Counted from the stretch's first letter, positions 19,277 through 27,739 are shown. The stretch is DNA of 64,000 bases from Thermoanaerobaculia bacterium (GCA_038250865.1 JBBSBW010000031.1:8260-72259); one strand, 5' to 3'. Made by a program: numbers and translations. The notes: a model not told the origin generated them from the letters alone.

Positions 19277-19303
19277 GTCATCCCGAGCGAGCGCGAGGGA
19301 TCT
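19277..19303. repeat. GTCATCCCGAGC...GAGGGATCT REP-like half element
   Basis: Resembles a widespread intergenic GTCATCCCGAGCGAAGCGAGGGATC-type repeat; I saw no partner inverted arm nearby. Confidence 0.45.
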
Positions 19304-19401
19304 GGGGGTCGGGCGACCTTAAATTCCCTCGCCGCCAAGGTGTTTTCGGACTCTAATGGGATATCCTGTGAACCTACAATACGCCACAGTCCGCGAATCG
19401 A

Positions 19402-20841
19402 ATGATGATCCGTACCGCAATTCTTCTGCTCTTGCTGCTCCCGGCGGCAGGCTTTCCGCAGGACCTCGACACCGCGGCCTCTGCCGTGGTCCAGATTTCC
19501 GGTACCCGTAATGGCGCTACGGTGCGCGGCAGCGGCTTCGTGGTCGGCCTCGATCGCGACAAGAAAACAGTCTCCGCCGGGCGCAGCGGCAGCAACGTCG
19601 CAATCACCGTTGGTGACGACAAGGCCATGATCGTCACCGTCTCGCATGTGATCGCGGGTCTCGAAAACATCCAGGTGACCTTCGCGGCGGACCTCACCGA
19701 GAGCTTTCCTGCCGAGGGGTTCCTGAGGATGGACGCCGAAAGCCCCAAGGGACCGGCCGTCCTCCAAGTCCACGGAGCGCTGCCGGCAGGGGTGACCGTC
19801 TTGAGCTTTGAGAGCGAGAAGCGGCCACGCCTCGGGGAGGCCCTGTACCTGCTGGGCTTTCCTCAGATGGCCACCTCACTGCGCAAGGCCCAGAGAACGC
19901 TGTCGGCCCAAGAAGGAACGTCCCTACTGATCGATCAAGGGCTCGGAGAAGGCTCCTCCGGCGGGCCGGTGCTTCAGAATGGCAAGGTGGTGGGCGTCGT
20001 CACCGGCGTGGACGACCAGACGACCTACGCCGTCGAAGCTGTGGTGGTCCGCGCGGCTCTGGAGGGCTGGGGAGTGAAACTCGGCGGTCAAGCAGCAGCC
20101 CCCCGGACGCCCACAACAGGCGAGGTCCTTTCGGGTCCAGCCCCGATACCACCTTCGCCAGCCCTTTCAGCTTGCGTTCCTGGCCAGTCGGTCACCGAAG
20201 ACGGGGTCGTCTACGTGCGCATCTGCCCTGGTACCTTCACCATGGGCTCGGCCGCCGACGACTCGCAGGCGTACGAAGACGAGAAACCGGCCCACCAAGT
20301 AACGCTGAGCGACGAATTCTGGCTCGGCCAAACCGAGGTCACAAACGCCCAGTACCACCGCATCCAGCCGGATCACGAGGAAGAGGACGAGTTCCCAGCG
20401 GTCGAGGTGACCTGGACCGAAGCGCAAGCGGCCTGCGAGCGCTTCGGCGGCCGGCTGCCCACCGAGGCGGAATGGGAATACGCCGCACGCGCCGGCAGCA
20501 CGACGGCTTGGTCGTTCAGCGCCGGTGACTATGCCTGGAACGAACAGAATGCCGGCAACACACCACACTCCGTCGCCGCGAAGAAGCCCAATCGCTGGGG
20601 CCTATACGACATGCAAGGGAACGTATGGGAGTGGGTGGCAGACTGGTACGCCCCCTACTCTGCTACAGCTCAGCGTGACCCAGACGGCCCGGCGACAGGT
20701 GGATCCCGTGTGTTGCGGGGGGGCGCTTTCAGCCTCCCGCCCGAGTTCCTGCGCTCCGCGTTCCGGAGCAAGTTCCAGCCCTGGCACCGGAGCCGGGCCA
20801 TCGGCTTCCGCTGTGCCCGTGGCCCCCGCCGCCAGCCTTGA
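19402..20841 (+). CDS. Secreted trypsin-like peptidase domain + FGE-sulfatase (SUMF1/CLec-fold) domain protein, paralog A; probable DGR target
   Basis: Signal peptide, GSGF, SHV, GSSGGPVL; FGE motifs FTMGS, RLPTEAEWEYAARAG, WGLYDMQGNVWEWV, RVLRGG and GFRCA. Confidence 0.9.
   Translation: MMIRTAILLLLLLPAAGFPQDLDTAASAVVQISGTRNGATVRGSGFVVGLDRDKKTVSAGRSGSNVAITVGDDKAMIVTVSHVIAGLENIQVTFAADLTESFPAEGFLRMDAESPKGPAVLQVHGALPAGVTVLSFESEKRPRLGEALYLLGFPQMATSLRKAQRTLSAQEGTSLLIDQGLGEGSSGGPVLQNGKVVGVVTGVDDQTTYAVEAVVVRAALEGWGVKLGGQAAAPRTPTTGEVLSGPAPIPPSPALSACVPGQSVTEDGVVYVRICPGTFTMGSAADDSQAYEDEKPAHQVTLSDEFWLGQTEVTNAQYHRIQPDHEEEDEFPAVEVTWTEAQAACERFGGRLPTEAEWEYAARAGSTTAWSFSAGDYAWNEQNAGNTPHSVAAKKPNRWGLYDMQGNVWEWVADWYAPYSATAQRDPDGPATGGSRVLRGGAFSLPPEFLRSAFRSKFQPWHRSRAIGFRCARGPRRQP
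20716..20811 (+). other. Putative DGR variable region VR-A
   Basis: Compared with 22124-22219: 24 mismatches in 96 nt, 23 of them at codon positions 1-2, and 18 with an A in one copy. Confidence 0.75.
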
Positions 20842-20848
20842 ACGCCTC

Positions 20849-22249
20849 ATGCCAACCACCCACCCCATGCTGAACCGCACCGCCCTCGCTTTGCTTCTTC
20901 TCCTCCTCCAGGCGGCAGCCGCCGCGCAGGCCCAGGATCTCGACACCGCCGTCTCCGCCGTGGTGCGGATCTCCGGGACGCGCAACGGCTCCAGGGTGCA
21001 AGGCAGTGGCTTCGTGGTCGGTCTCGCCCCCGGCAAGGCGACGATCGTCACAGCTTCACACGTGATCCAGGGCGTGGAGCAAATCCAGGTGACTTTCGCC
21101 GTCGACCGCACGGAAAGCTTTCCCGCCGGGATCGTGCTCGGGATGGAAGCGGGCAATTCGCGCGGTTTGGCCGTGTTTCAGGTGCGCGGCGACCTACCGG
21201 CGGGGGTGACCGCGCTGAGCTTCGAGACCGAAAGCCAGCTTCGGCGAGGCGAAGACGTGTTCGTCGTCGGCTTTCCGGAGATGGCCGAGACCCCTCTCGC
21301 CCTAAGGCGCACCTTCGCCGGGCCCACCGGCAACTTCCTGCAGCTGGACCAGCCCGCGGGAGAGGGGATCTCCGGCTCCCCGGTGCTGCGCAACGGAGGA
21401 GGGGTGATCGGCGTGGTGGTGGACGAAGACCTGCGGCTCACTTTTGCGGTCAAGGCTTTGGTGGCCCTGGATGCCGTCGCCGGCTGGGGAGGGCCTCTCG
21501 GTGTGCAGACCGGCACCTCGGCCACAAGCGCCCCTGCGAAACCTCGCCCCCCTTCGATCGGGGCCGCTTCCGTCCCTGACACACCGCTTACCGAGAAAGG
21601 CATCGACTACGTCCGCATCTACCCGGGAACCTTCACTATGGGCTCGGCCGAGAACGACCCGCAGGCCGATTCTGACGAAAAGCCGGCCCACCAGGTCACA
21701 CTGAGCGAATTCTGGCTTGGACGAACCGAGGTTACCAACGCCCAGTACCGCCGCGTCCAATCGGATCACAAGGGGGAGGACGACCTGCCGGTGGCGGCCG
21801 TTACATGGACCGAAGCAAAGGCCGCCTGCGAGCATCTTGGTGGCCGGCTGCCCACCGAGGCGGAGTGGGAGTACGCCGCGCGCGCCGGCAGCACGACCGC
21901 CTGGTCGTTCGCTGGCGACGAGAATAGCCTCGGTGACTACGCTTGGTTCGACCAGAATGCGGCCAATGCGACGCACCCCGCCGCAACGAAGAAGCCCAAC
22001 GCCTGGGGTCTCTACGACATGCACGGAAACGTGTGGGAGTGGGTGGCGGACTGGAAAGCCCCCTACACGGCCGCGGCGCAGCGCGACCCGGCCGGCCCAG
22101 CGACAGGTGAGGCCCGTATGGTGCGGGGGGGCGCGTTCGACTTCCCGCCCGGGGACCTGCGCTCCGCGAACCGGGACGGGGACCGGCCCGAGATCCGGAA
22201 CAGGATCATCGGCTTCCGCTGCGCCCGCGACACCCCCAGCGAGCCTTGA
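20849..22249 (+). CDS. Secreted trypsin-like + FGE/CLec-fold protein, paralog B; probable DGR target
   Basis: Start at 20849 (or 20867). Same architecture as paralog A: TASHV, GISGSPVL, RLPTEAEWEYAARAG, GNVWEWV, GFRCA. Confidence 0.9.
   Translation: MPTTHPMLNRTALALLLLLLQAAAAAQAQDLDTAVSAVVRISGTRNGSRVQGSGFVVGLAPGKATIVTASHVIQGVEQIQVTFAVDRTESFPAGIVLGMEAGNSRGLAVFQVRGDLPAGVTALSFETESQLRRGEDVFVVGFPEMAETPLALRRTFAGPTGNFLQLDQPAGEGISGSPVLRNGGGVIGVVVDEDLRLTFAVKALVALDAVAGWGGPLGVQTGTSATSAPAKPRPPSIGAASVPDTPLTEKGIDYVRIYPGTFTMGSAENDPQADSDEKPAHQVTLSEFWLGRTEVTNAQYRRVQSDHKGEDDLPVAAVTWTEAKAACEHLGGRLPTEAEWEYAARAGSTTAWSFAGDENSLGDYAWFDQNAANATHPAATKKPNAWGLYDMHGNVWEWVADWKAPYTAAAQRDPAGPATGEARMVRGGAFDFPPGDLRSANRDGDRPEIRNRIIGFRCARDTPSEP
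22124..22219 (+). other. Putative DGR variable region VR-B
   Basis: Third codon positions match VR-A in 31 of 32 codons; the variable codons are all NNC/NNG apart from one GCT/GCG pair. Confidence 0.75.
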
Positions 22250-22268
22250 CGCTACAATTGCGTCCACC

Positions 22269-23036
22269 ATGCTCGCAGAGACGAATCGAAGCCGGCGCCT
22301 CGGGCGGATGGCCTTCGCCGCCCTCCTCCTCACCGCCCTGCCACTGCTTGCCCAGTACGACCCCAAACTCCAATACCAGGACCGCGGCGATCGCCGGGAG
22401 GGCTTGAAGCCCAAGCCGGTGAGCGGCAACGACGTCGAGCTTCTCTCGGCCCTCGTGGACTACCGCGAGGAGGGAGGCTCCGGCTGGTCCCCGGCGCTCC
22501 ATCTCAGGTTCGTCCTCCCTGCTGCCGGGCCGGTGTCGATCACCGTCCGCCAGCCACGGCCGAAGACCCTCTACTACTGGCTCGACGAGGTCGTGCCCCG
22601 GTTACCGTGGCGCCCCCGGGCGGTCAACGAATACACCTGGCCGACGGAGCCGGTCCTCCAGAAGTTGAGCGCAGTGACCCTGGAGGATCTCGGTGCTGTC
22701 GTGCGCCTCAGCACCGCGAAAGGCCCATCCAAACAGGAGAGGGTCGCCCCCGCGGCGCTCTTCCAGACGCAGCCGCCGACGGCCGCGAGCGGCTACCGCT
22801 TCACTTTTAAGACCAACGGAACGGCGTATGTGACGGGCAAGATCTACCGGGGCGACCAGAAGGTTTTCGAGCGACAGCAGAACCGCGAGACTGCAGGCAG
22901 CCCGTTCACCTTGAGTTGGCCAGCCCAGGGGCAACCAGACGGGGAGTACCGGCTCGTCCTCTCCGGCTTCTTCGACAACACCAACGACCAACTCGCCCAG
23001 GAGGTAGTCTTCTACCATAGGGCTTCCTGGAAATGA
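22269..23036 (+). CDS. Secreted hypothetical protein (beta-rich)
   Basis: Start MLAETN, signal peptide (LLA-Q), coherent coding frame directly after paralog B. Confidence 0.75.
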   Translation: MLAETNRSRRLGRMAFAALLLTALPLLAQYDPKLQYQDRGDRREGLKPKPVSGNDVELLSALVDYREEGGSGWSPALHLRFVLPAAGPVSITVRQPRPKTLYYWLDEVVPRLPWRPRAVNEYTWPTEPVLQKLSAVTLEDLGAVVRLSTAKGPSKQERVAPAALFQTQPPTAASGYRFTFKTNGTAYVTGKIYRGDQKVFERQQNRETAGSPFTLSWPAQGQPDGEYRLVLSGFFDNTNDQLAQEVVFYHRASWK

Positions 23037-23057
23037 GTCGGCCGCTCTACAAGGGGC

Positions 23058-24269
23058 ATGATCTTGACGTCTGAACCGGAGCCGGGGAAAACGCCGGGGG
23101 TCTCAAAACACAGGAGAGGCCAGGCCCGAAGCGGCGAGGCGGTACCGTCGCGCCGGGGGCAGCGCATGTGGCTTCTGCTCGTACTGGTCGCCGTGATCTT
23201 GCTGACGTTGGTGGGGTTCTCGACCTTCTGGCACTTGCCGACCCGAGTCCAGCTCGACCTGGAGACCACCCGGCTGGGCATCTCCCTTGGGGGTACGCAG
23301 CGCCGCGAAGTCTTCGACCGTTCCGTGCCGTTCTCAGCTCTCGTCATTGAGGATTGCAACGCGGTGGCCTTCGCCGCGGAGACGCTGGAGGTCGCGGACC
23401 CGCAACAGCTCGTGCCGGGAACGGAGACGCAGGCACCGCACTTCCCGGTCGAGGCTTGGCGCGTGCTCCCACACACCAACCCAGTGAAGCTCCCGTGCCG
23501 GGACCCGGAGGCCAAGCTGACCCTGCGGAATCCCGATCCGGCCGCGGCGACGACTGGAACCCTCGATCAGGTCTACCTCGCCCCGGGCTCGCAGGTGATT
23601 CTTGAGGTCTCGCCGGGTCGGGAGACCGCCATTAGCCTGGAGATCGAGACGCCCCAGGACCTGCACCTCGCAGTGGGTCCCGATCTTGAGCTGGTGGCCG
23701 ACTTCGTCGCGCCCGAGGGCGTCGCCGTTCCCTTCCAAGGCTCCCCTCTGACCTGGCGGGCGCGGCTTCCGGAGGCGCGCCGATTTCTTGACCTCACGAG
23801 CGGCGATCACGGGCTTGTCCTGATCGTCACCCCGGCACAGGGCAGGGCCGCGGAAATGTTCCCTGAGAAGCCGGACTTCCCCCTGACCTCGTTGGAGCTG
23901 CTTGAGGAAAGCCTGCGAGGAGATCTCACCTCGCCGCTGCGAAGCCCGGCCAAGCTCAGCTATTCCGACTATCCAGACGTCCCATCTGTGACCATCGAGC
24001 CGAACGAGGACCTGGGCCTTGGCAGGCTCTCGAAGGCACGGTTGACCCGTCTCAGTTTCGACCCCGAAAACGGCGTACTTCGCGTGGGATTCGACGGTAT
24101 TGCCGAACGCCCCGCCAGCAAGGCCGGGGAGTTTGTCCGGGACCACCGCCTGACGCTCTTCCACGCCGTCCGCTATAGCTGGCGTTGGGCGTTGATCGCC
24201 AAGGTCGGGTTCTGGCTCGTGACCGCAATCCTGGCTGTCTACGGGGCCTGGAAGAAAGTCCAGGAGTGA
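23058..24269 (+). CDS. Hypothetical membrane protein with N- and C-terminal TM helices around a large soluble domain
   Basis: TM segments MWLLLVLVAVILLTLVGF and WALIAKVGFWLVTAILAVYGAW; start uncertain. Confidence 0.75.
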   Translation: MILTSEPEPGKTPGVSKHRRGQARSGEAVPSRRGQRMWLLLVLVAVILLTLVGFSTFWHLPTRVQLDLETTRLGISLGGTQRREVFDRSVPFSALVIEDCNAVAFAAETLEVADPQQLVPGTETQAPHFPVEAWRVLPHTNPVKLPCRDPEAKLTLRNPDPAAATTGTLDQVYLAPGSQVILEVSPGRETAISLEIETPQDLHLAVGPDLELVADFVAPEGVAVPFQGSPLTWRARLPEARRFLDLTSGDHGLVLIVTPAQGRAAEMFPEKPDFPLTSLELLEESLRGDLTSPLRSPAKLSYSDYPDVPSVTIEPNEDLGLGRLSKARLTRLSFDPENGVLRVGFDGIAERPASKAGEFVRDHRLTLFHAVRYSWRWALIAKVGFWLVTAILAVYGAWKKVQE

Positions 24270-24318
24270 TGAGGGCGCCTCTCTTGCTCTTGAAAACCCA
24301 ATAGCCTAAAGTCAAAGC

Positions 24319-24498
24319 ATGAGAGCCCAGCCGAAATTGGAGATCCGAGGCCGGACCGCTTCCACCGGGCGCTATATCGTTCAGCCGGCGAGCCCCGCTG
24401 AAATTCGCCGAACCTTGAAAATCTCGAAGAAAGACGTCGCCGAAGCGCGCCAGATCGTCAGAGAGTTGGGCTACTTCCCGAACTCTTCGAAGAAATAG
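24319..24498 (+). CDS. Small basic 59-aa protein not in the ORF track, possibly leaderless
   Basis: MRAQPKLEIRGRTASTGRYIVQPASPAEIRRTLKISKKDVAEARQIVRELGYFPNSSKK. TTGCTC-17nt-TAAAGT ends 6 nt before the ATG. Confidence 0.55.
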   Translation: MRAQPKLEIRGRTASTGRYIVQPASPAEIRRTLKISKKDVAEARQIVRELGYFPNSSKK

Positions 24499-24501
24499 GG
24501 C

Positions 24502-25086
24502 TCAATCGCGCTCGAGCTCCAGCGCCGAGGAAACGAGCTGTCTGAAAAGGGTCGGACTAAAAGGCGACTGGACCCCGTGGGCTCGTTCCAAACGAACTCG
24601 GATTCTCGATAGGCGCTTGGCCCGCAAGATCATCGATTCGAGCGAGGGATTGGCGGCGGCGGCGCCGAAGCCGTCCAAGAGAACTCGCAAGATTCCCTTC
24701 TGGCTGCCCCCGTGGACCAACGGATCGTGGCCGTTGAGGTCGCTCAGGCTCACCTGGAGTCGATTGGGCTTCTCCTCCAGCACGAAGAATCGATGTCCAC
24801 GCTCCTGCGCCAGGCAATAGGCAATACCGAGTTCGAAGGGCATGTTGAACCTGGGGACTCTGACGGTCGATGAGAGAGAAACGCGACTGAGATCGTGAAT
24901 CGAAGCGCCGCATCCCGAAAGCAGCGAATAGATTCTCTCGAGGCGGTTTGCCCCAGCGCTAGGGATCTCGAGTACGCAGCGGGGCTTGAGCCCCAGCGCC
25001 GTCAGTCCAGAAATGGTCGCTACGAAGAGAGGCGCGTAGCGGCGATCAAAGGGGACGTTCAGGAAAACGCTCTGCCGATCGAGCAT
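24502..25086 (-). CDS. Hypothetical protein with nucleoside 2-deoxyribosyltransferase/TIR-like features
   Basis: VFLNVPFD, SIHDLSR, PRFNMPFELG (conserved Glu) and SDLNGHD motifs. Confidence 0.65.
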   Translation of the reverse strand: MLDRQSVFLNVPFDRRYAPLFVATISGLTALGLKPRCVLEIPSAGANRLERIYSLLSGCGASIHDLSRVSLSSTVRVPRFNMPFELGIAYCLAQERGHRFFVLEEKPNRLQVSLSDLNGHDPLVHGGSQKGILRVLLDGFGAAAANPSLESMILRAKRLSRIRVRLERAHGVQSPFSPTLFRQLVSSALELERD

Positions 25087-25098
25087 CGGTCGCCCTTT

Positions 25099-27099
25099 CT
25101 ACGCTGATGCCGGCACCGCGGCGTCCCGGAACATCCCCGGCGTATACGCCGTGATCTTGCCGGTAAAGGCCGAGGCCGCGACCGTCAGCGGCGAGGCCAG
25201 CCAGAGCTTGCCCGGGCCGGAACGCCCTTTGTAGTTGCGGTTGATCGCCGAGAGGGTCACCTGGTCGGCGGTGTCGGAGACGCCTGGGCCGCAGCCGATG
25301 CAGGCGCCGCAGCCGGGGCGGATCAGCGTCACTCCGGCCTGTTCGAAGGCTTTATCCAGGCCGTTTTCGTGGACGAACCTTTCCACCGCCATCGAGCCGC
25401 ACTGGATCAGGAACTTCACCCCCGGCGCCACCTTGAGGCCCGCGTCCACAGCTTCTTTGACCACCTGGTGGTAGAAGACCAGGTCATCGATCTTTCCCGC
25501 CGTGCAGCTGCCGCCGTAGGCGATCTCGATCGGCACCTGGCCGAGGGCTTCCACCAGCTCGCCGTTGGTGGGGTCGGAGGGAATGCCGCGATCGGGGTCG
25601 CCGGGGTGTGCCACCATCGGTTTGATCGTCGACAGATCGATCGAGTGAATGCCGCCCGCGTATTCGGCCCCCGGGTCGGGCGCCACCGCTTTCTTTCGCA
25701 GGCGCTCGACGTCGGTCCCCGGCCGCCATTCGGCGATCCAGCGGAAGGTCTCTTCGTCGGCGATTACGATCGCGGTCCGCGCGGCGCACTCGGTCGCCAT
25801 GTTGGTGAGCGTCGCCCGCTCGTCCATCGACAGGGCCGCCACCCCGGGTCCGGTGAACTCCATCACCCGGTTGAGGGTCGCCTCCGGCTTGGCGTAATGG
25901 AGCAGGATGTAGAGCATCACGTCTTTGGCCGTGACGCCGGGATTGAGCCGGCCCGACAGCTCGAAGCGGATCGACTCCGGCACCTCGACCTGAGTGAATC
26001 CGGCGTGGGCGAGGTCCGAGTATTCGGTGGTCCCCACCCCCCAAGCGAGCGCGTTGTTCACGCCGCCCATGCAGGTGTGGCTGTCGGTCGCCTGGATGAA
26101 ATCGCCCGGCTCGATCAGCTCTTCGCGCGCGACCTCGTGGCAGATCCCCGGCGAGACGCCATCCTTCGCCGAAAAGTCGCGCACCCCGGTATGGCGCTGG
26201 AACTCGCGCTGCAGCTCGCGCAGGGTCTCGATCTTGCCCGAAAAAACGCGCATCTTCGGCACTTCGTCGGCGTAGATCAGGTGGTCCTCGAAGACCGCGA
26301 AGCGCTCCGGGTTCTGCACCTGGTAATCCACGCCGTATTCCTGCTCCAGGAAGTAGTGGACCTGCGCGGTGGTGAACTCGTGGCTGTACCCGCCGTCCAC
26401 CCGCACGACCACGGCGTCGCCCGGCTTCACATACTTCTCGCCCTCGCCCAAAATCTTTGCGGCGAGGATCTTTTCGACCATGGTCATCGGCCGCGGTCCG
26501 GTGTCCGGCTTCGGCAGGTCGATCTCGCACGCGGCGAGCGCCTTGGAAAACGGGAACAGGCCGCCGTGGCGGATCACCAGCTGGGTGATCGGGTCATTCC
26601 CCTGGCAGAACTCGTCGAGCGGAATCCCCTCCCCTGCTTGGAGCTTTTGGAGCATCGCGTGATCGCCCATCATCACGCCCTGGTTGATGTTGTTGCCCGC
26701 GTGGATCGGCGCGAACGACGCGGCGACCGCCAAGCGGATGCCGCTCCACTTCTCGGCCTGGACGGCGGTCTCGCGCGAGCTGCCGACCCCTTTGCGGTGG
26801 CCCGAGACGATCACCTCGAAGTTGCCGTCGATCAGCGCGTCTTTCTCGAACAAGCGCTTGCCGTCGACGATCAACCCGGCGTACGCATCGCGGGCGATGT
26901 CCTCCGGCCGGTGGGAGAAGCAGACCCACGCGGGGGTCATCGCGTCGGTGTTGATGTCGTCGAGCAGGTCGTCTACCCTCAAATCCGCCATCTGCAAATC
27001 GAGCTCGCCGGTCAACTGGCGGCGGATCAGGTCCGGATCCTTGGTCAGGAACAGCACCCTCTTGCCGGGCGTTAGGCGAAACGTATCGGCTGGCTTCAT
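25099..27099 (-). CDS. Aconitase-family dehydratase with N-terminal swivel (LeuD-like) domain fused to a LeuC-like Fe-S domain
   Basis: DDINTDAMTP, GSSRETA and SFAPIH (swivel), then EKIL, EDH, CHEV, DSHTC, GSCT, CGACIG and NRNYKGR. Confidence 0.88.
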   Translation of the reverse strand: MKPADTFRLTPGKRVLFLTKDPDLIRRQLTGELDLQMADLRVDDLLDDINTDAMTPAWVCFSHRPEDIARDAYAGLIVDGKRLFEKDALIDGNFEVIVSGHRKGVGSSRETAVQAEKWSGIRLAVAASFAPIHAGNNINQGVMMGDHAMLQKLQAGEGIPLDEFCQGNDPITQLVIRHGGLFPFSKALAACEIDLPKPDTGPRPMTMVEKILAAKILGEGEKYVKPGDAVVVRVDGGYSHEFTTAQVHYFLEQEYGVDYQVQNPERFAVFEDHLIYADEVPKMRVFSGKIETLRELQREFQRHTGVRDFSAKDGVSPGICHEVAREELIEPGDFIQATDSHTCMGGVNNALAWGVGTTEYSDLAHAGFTQVEVPESIRFELSGRLNPGVTAKDVMLYILLHYAKPEATLNRVMEFTGPGVAALSMDERATLTNMATECAARTAIVIADEETFRWIAEWRPGTDVERLRKKAVAPDPGAEYAGGIHSIDLSTIKPMVAHPGDPDRGIPSDPTNGELVEALGQVPIEIAYGGSCTAGKIDDLVFYHQVVKEAVDAGLKVAPGVKFLIQCGSMAVERFVHENGLDKAFEQAGVTLIRPGCGACIGCGPGVSDTADQVTLSAINRNYKGRSGPGKLWLASPLTVAASAFTGKITAYTPGMFRDAAVPASA

Positions 27100-27265
27100 C
27101 GGGCTCCTCGATCGGGTAGGAAAAGGATCGCCGGACCGCAGCGCCTCCCAGTGGGGGCGCCGGGTCCGGCTGGTGCGATCGAGGCCATTCTACCGCCCGA
27201 GGCGGGGCTGCGCACGGCTGGATTCGAGAAGGAGGAGACGCCCCCTCGAACCCGGGCCGCCGGAC

Positions 27266-27640
27266 TTAGGCGTGTCCGAGCAGCGTGACCGCGCTCGCGG
27301 TCATCGAGGAACCCACCGTGGTGTAGGTGACTTCCACTTTCTCGCCGGCCTTCAAGTCACCGAAGGTGATCGCCTTGCCATGCGAGGTGATCTTAGCGGT
27401 GGCCGGCACGGAGAACGTATCGGTCTTGCTCTTGGTCTTCACCACCAGGCTCGCGCCCGCGGCATCGACCGAGGAGATCGCGCCGATCGCCTTTTCGGTT
27501 TTCGCCATCGTGGTCGTGGTGGTGGTCTTGGTGGTCTTGGTGGCTTTGGTGGTGGTCGTGGCACCCGTTGCGGCGAAGCTCGGGAGCGACAGTGCGGTGA
27601 GGGCGAGGGCCGCGGCGAGAGTAGTAACCTTTTTAAGCAT
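27266..27640 (-). CDS. Small secreted protein with Thr/Lys-rich linker and DUF5666/OB-fold-like domain
   Basis: GGAGG RBS, signal peptide (SFA-A), TTTTKATKTTKTTTTTT, then G.ISSVD...DLKAGEKVEVTY. Confidence 0.8.
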   Translation of the reverse strand: MLKKVTTLAAALALTALSLPSFAATGATTTTKATKTTKTTTTTTMAKTEKAIGAISSVDAAGASLVVKTKSKTDTFSVPATAKITSHGKAITFGDLKAGEKVEVTYTTVGSSMTASAVTLLGHA

Positions 27641-27722
27641 GACAACCTCCTGGTAGTTTGTTTAGGTTTTCGGGCTCGTTTTTGAGTCCAGTGCCGATCG
27701 ACAAGCCGGCAACCCAGGGAAC

Positions 27723-27739
27723 AGCACGGTCTGTGCCAA
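27723..27739 (-). promoter_or_regulatory. Sigma54 (-24/-12) promoter for the 27266-27640 gene
   Basis: Minus strand TTGGCACAGACCGTGCT matches TGGCAC-N5-TTGC with correct GG/GC spacing and one mismatch. Confidence 0.7.

Noticed and set aside
19402-22249. Annotation as active formylglycine-generating enzymes
   Set aside because: The catalytic Cys pair of true FGE is missing from the RGG...R segment.
19402-25086. Local DGR cassette (RT, Avd, template repeat)
   Set aside because: No ORF with RT motifs and no third AAC-rich copy of the variable region were seen by eye in the window; only targets are supported.
27503-27566. Thr/Lys low-complexity tract as a nucleotide repeat element
   Set aside because: It is explained as a coding linker of the small secreted protein.
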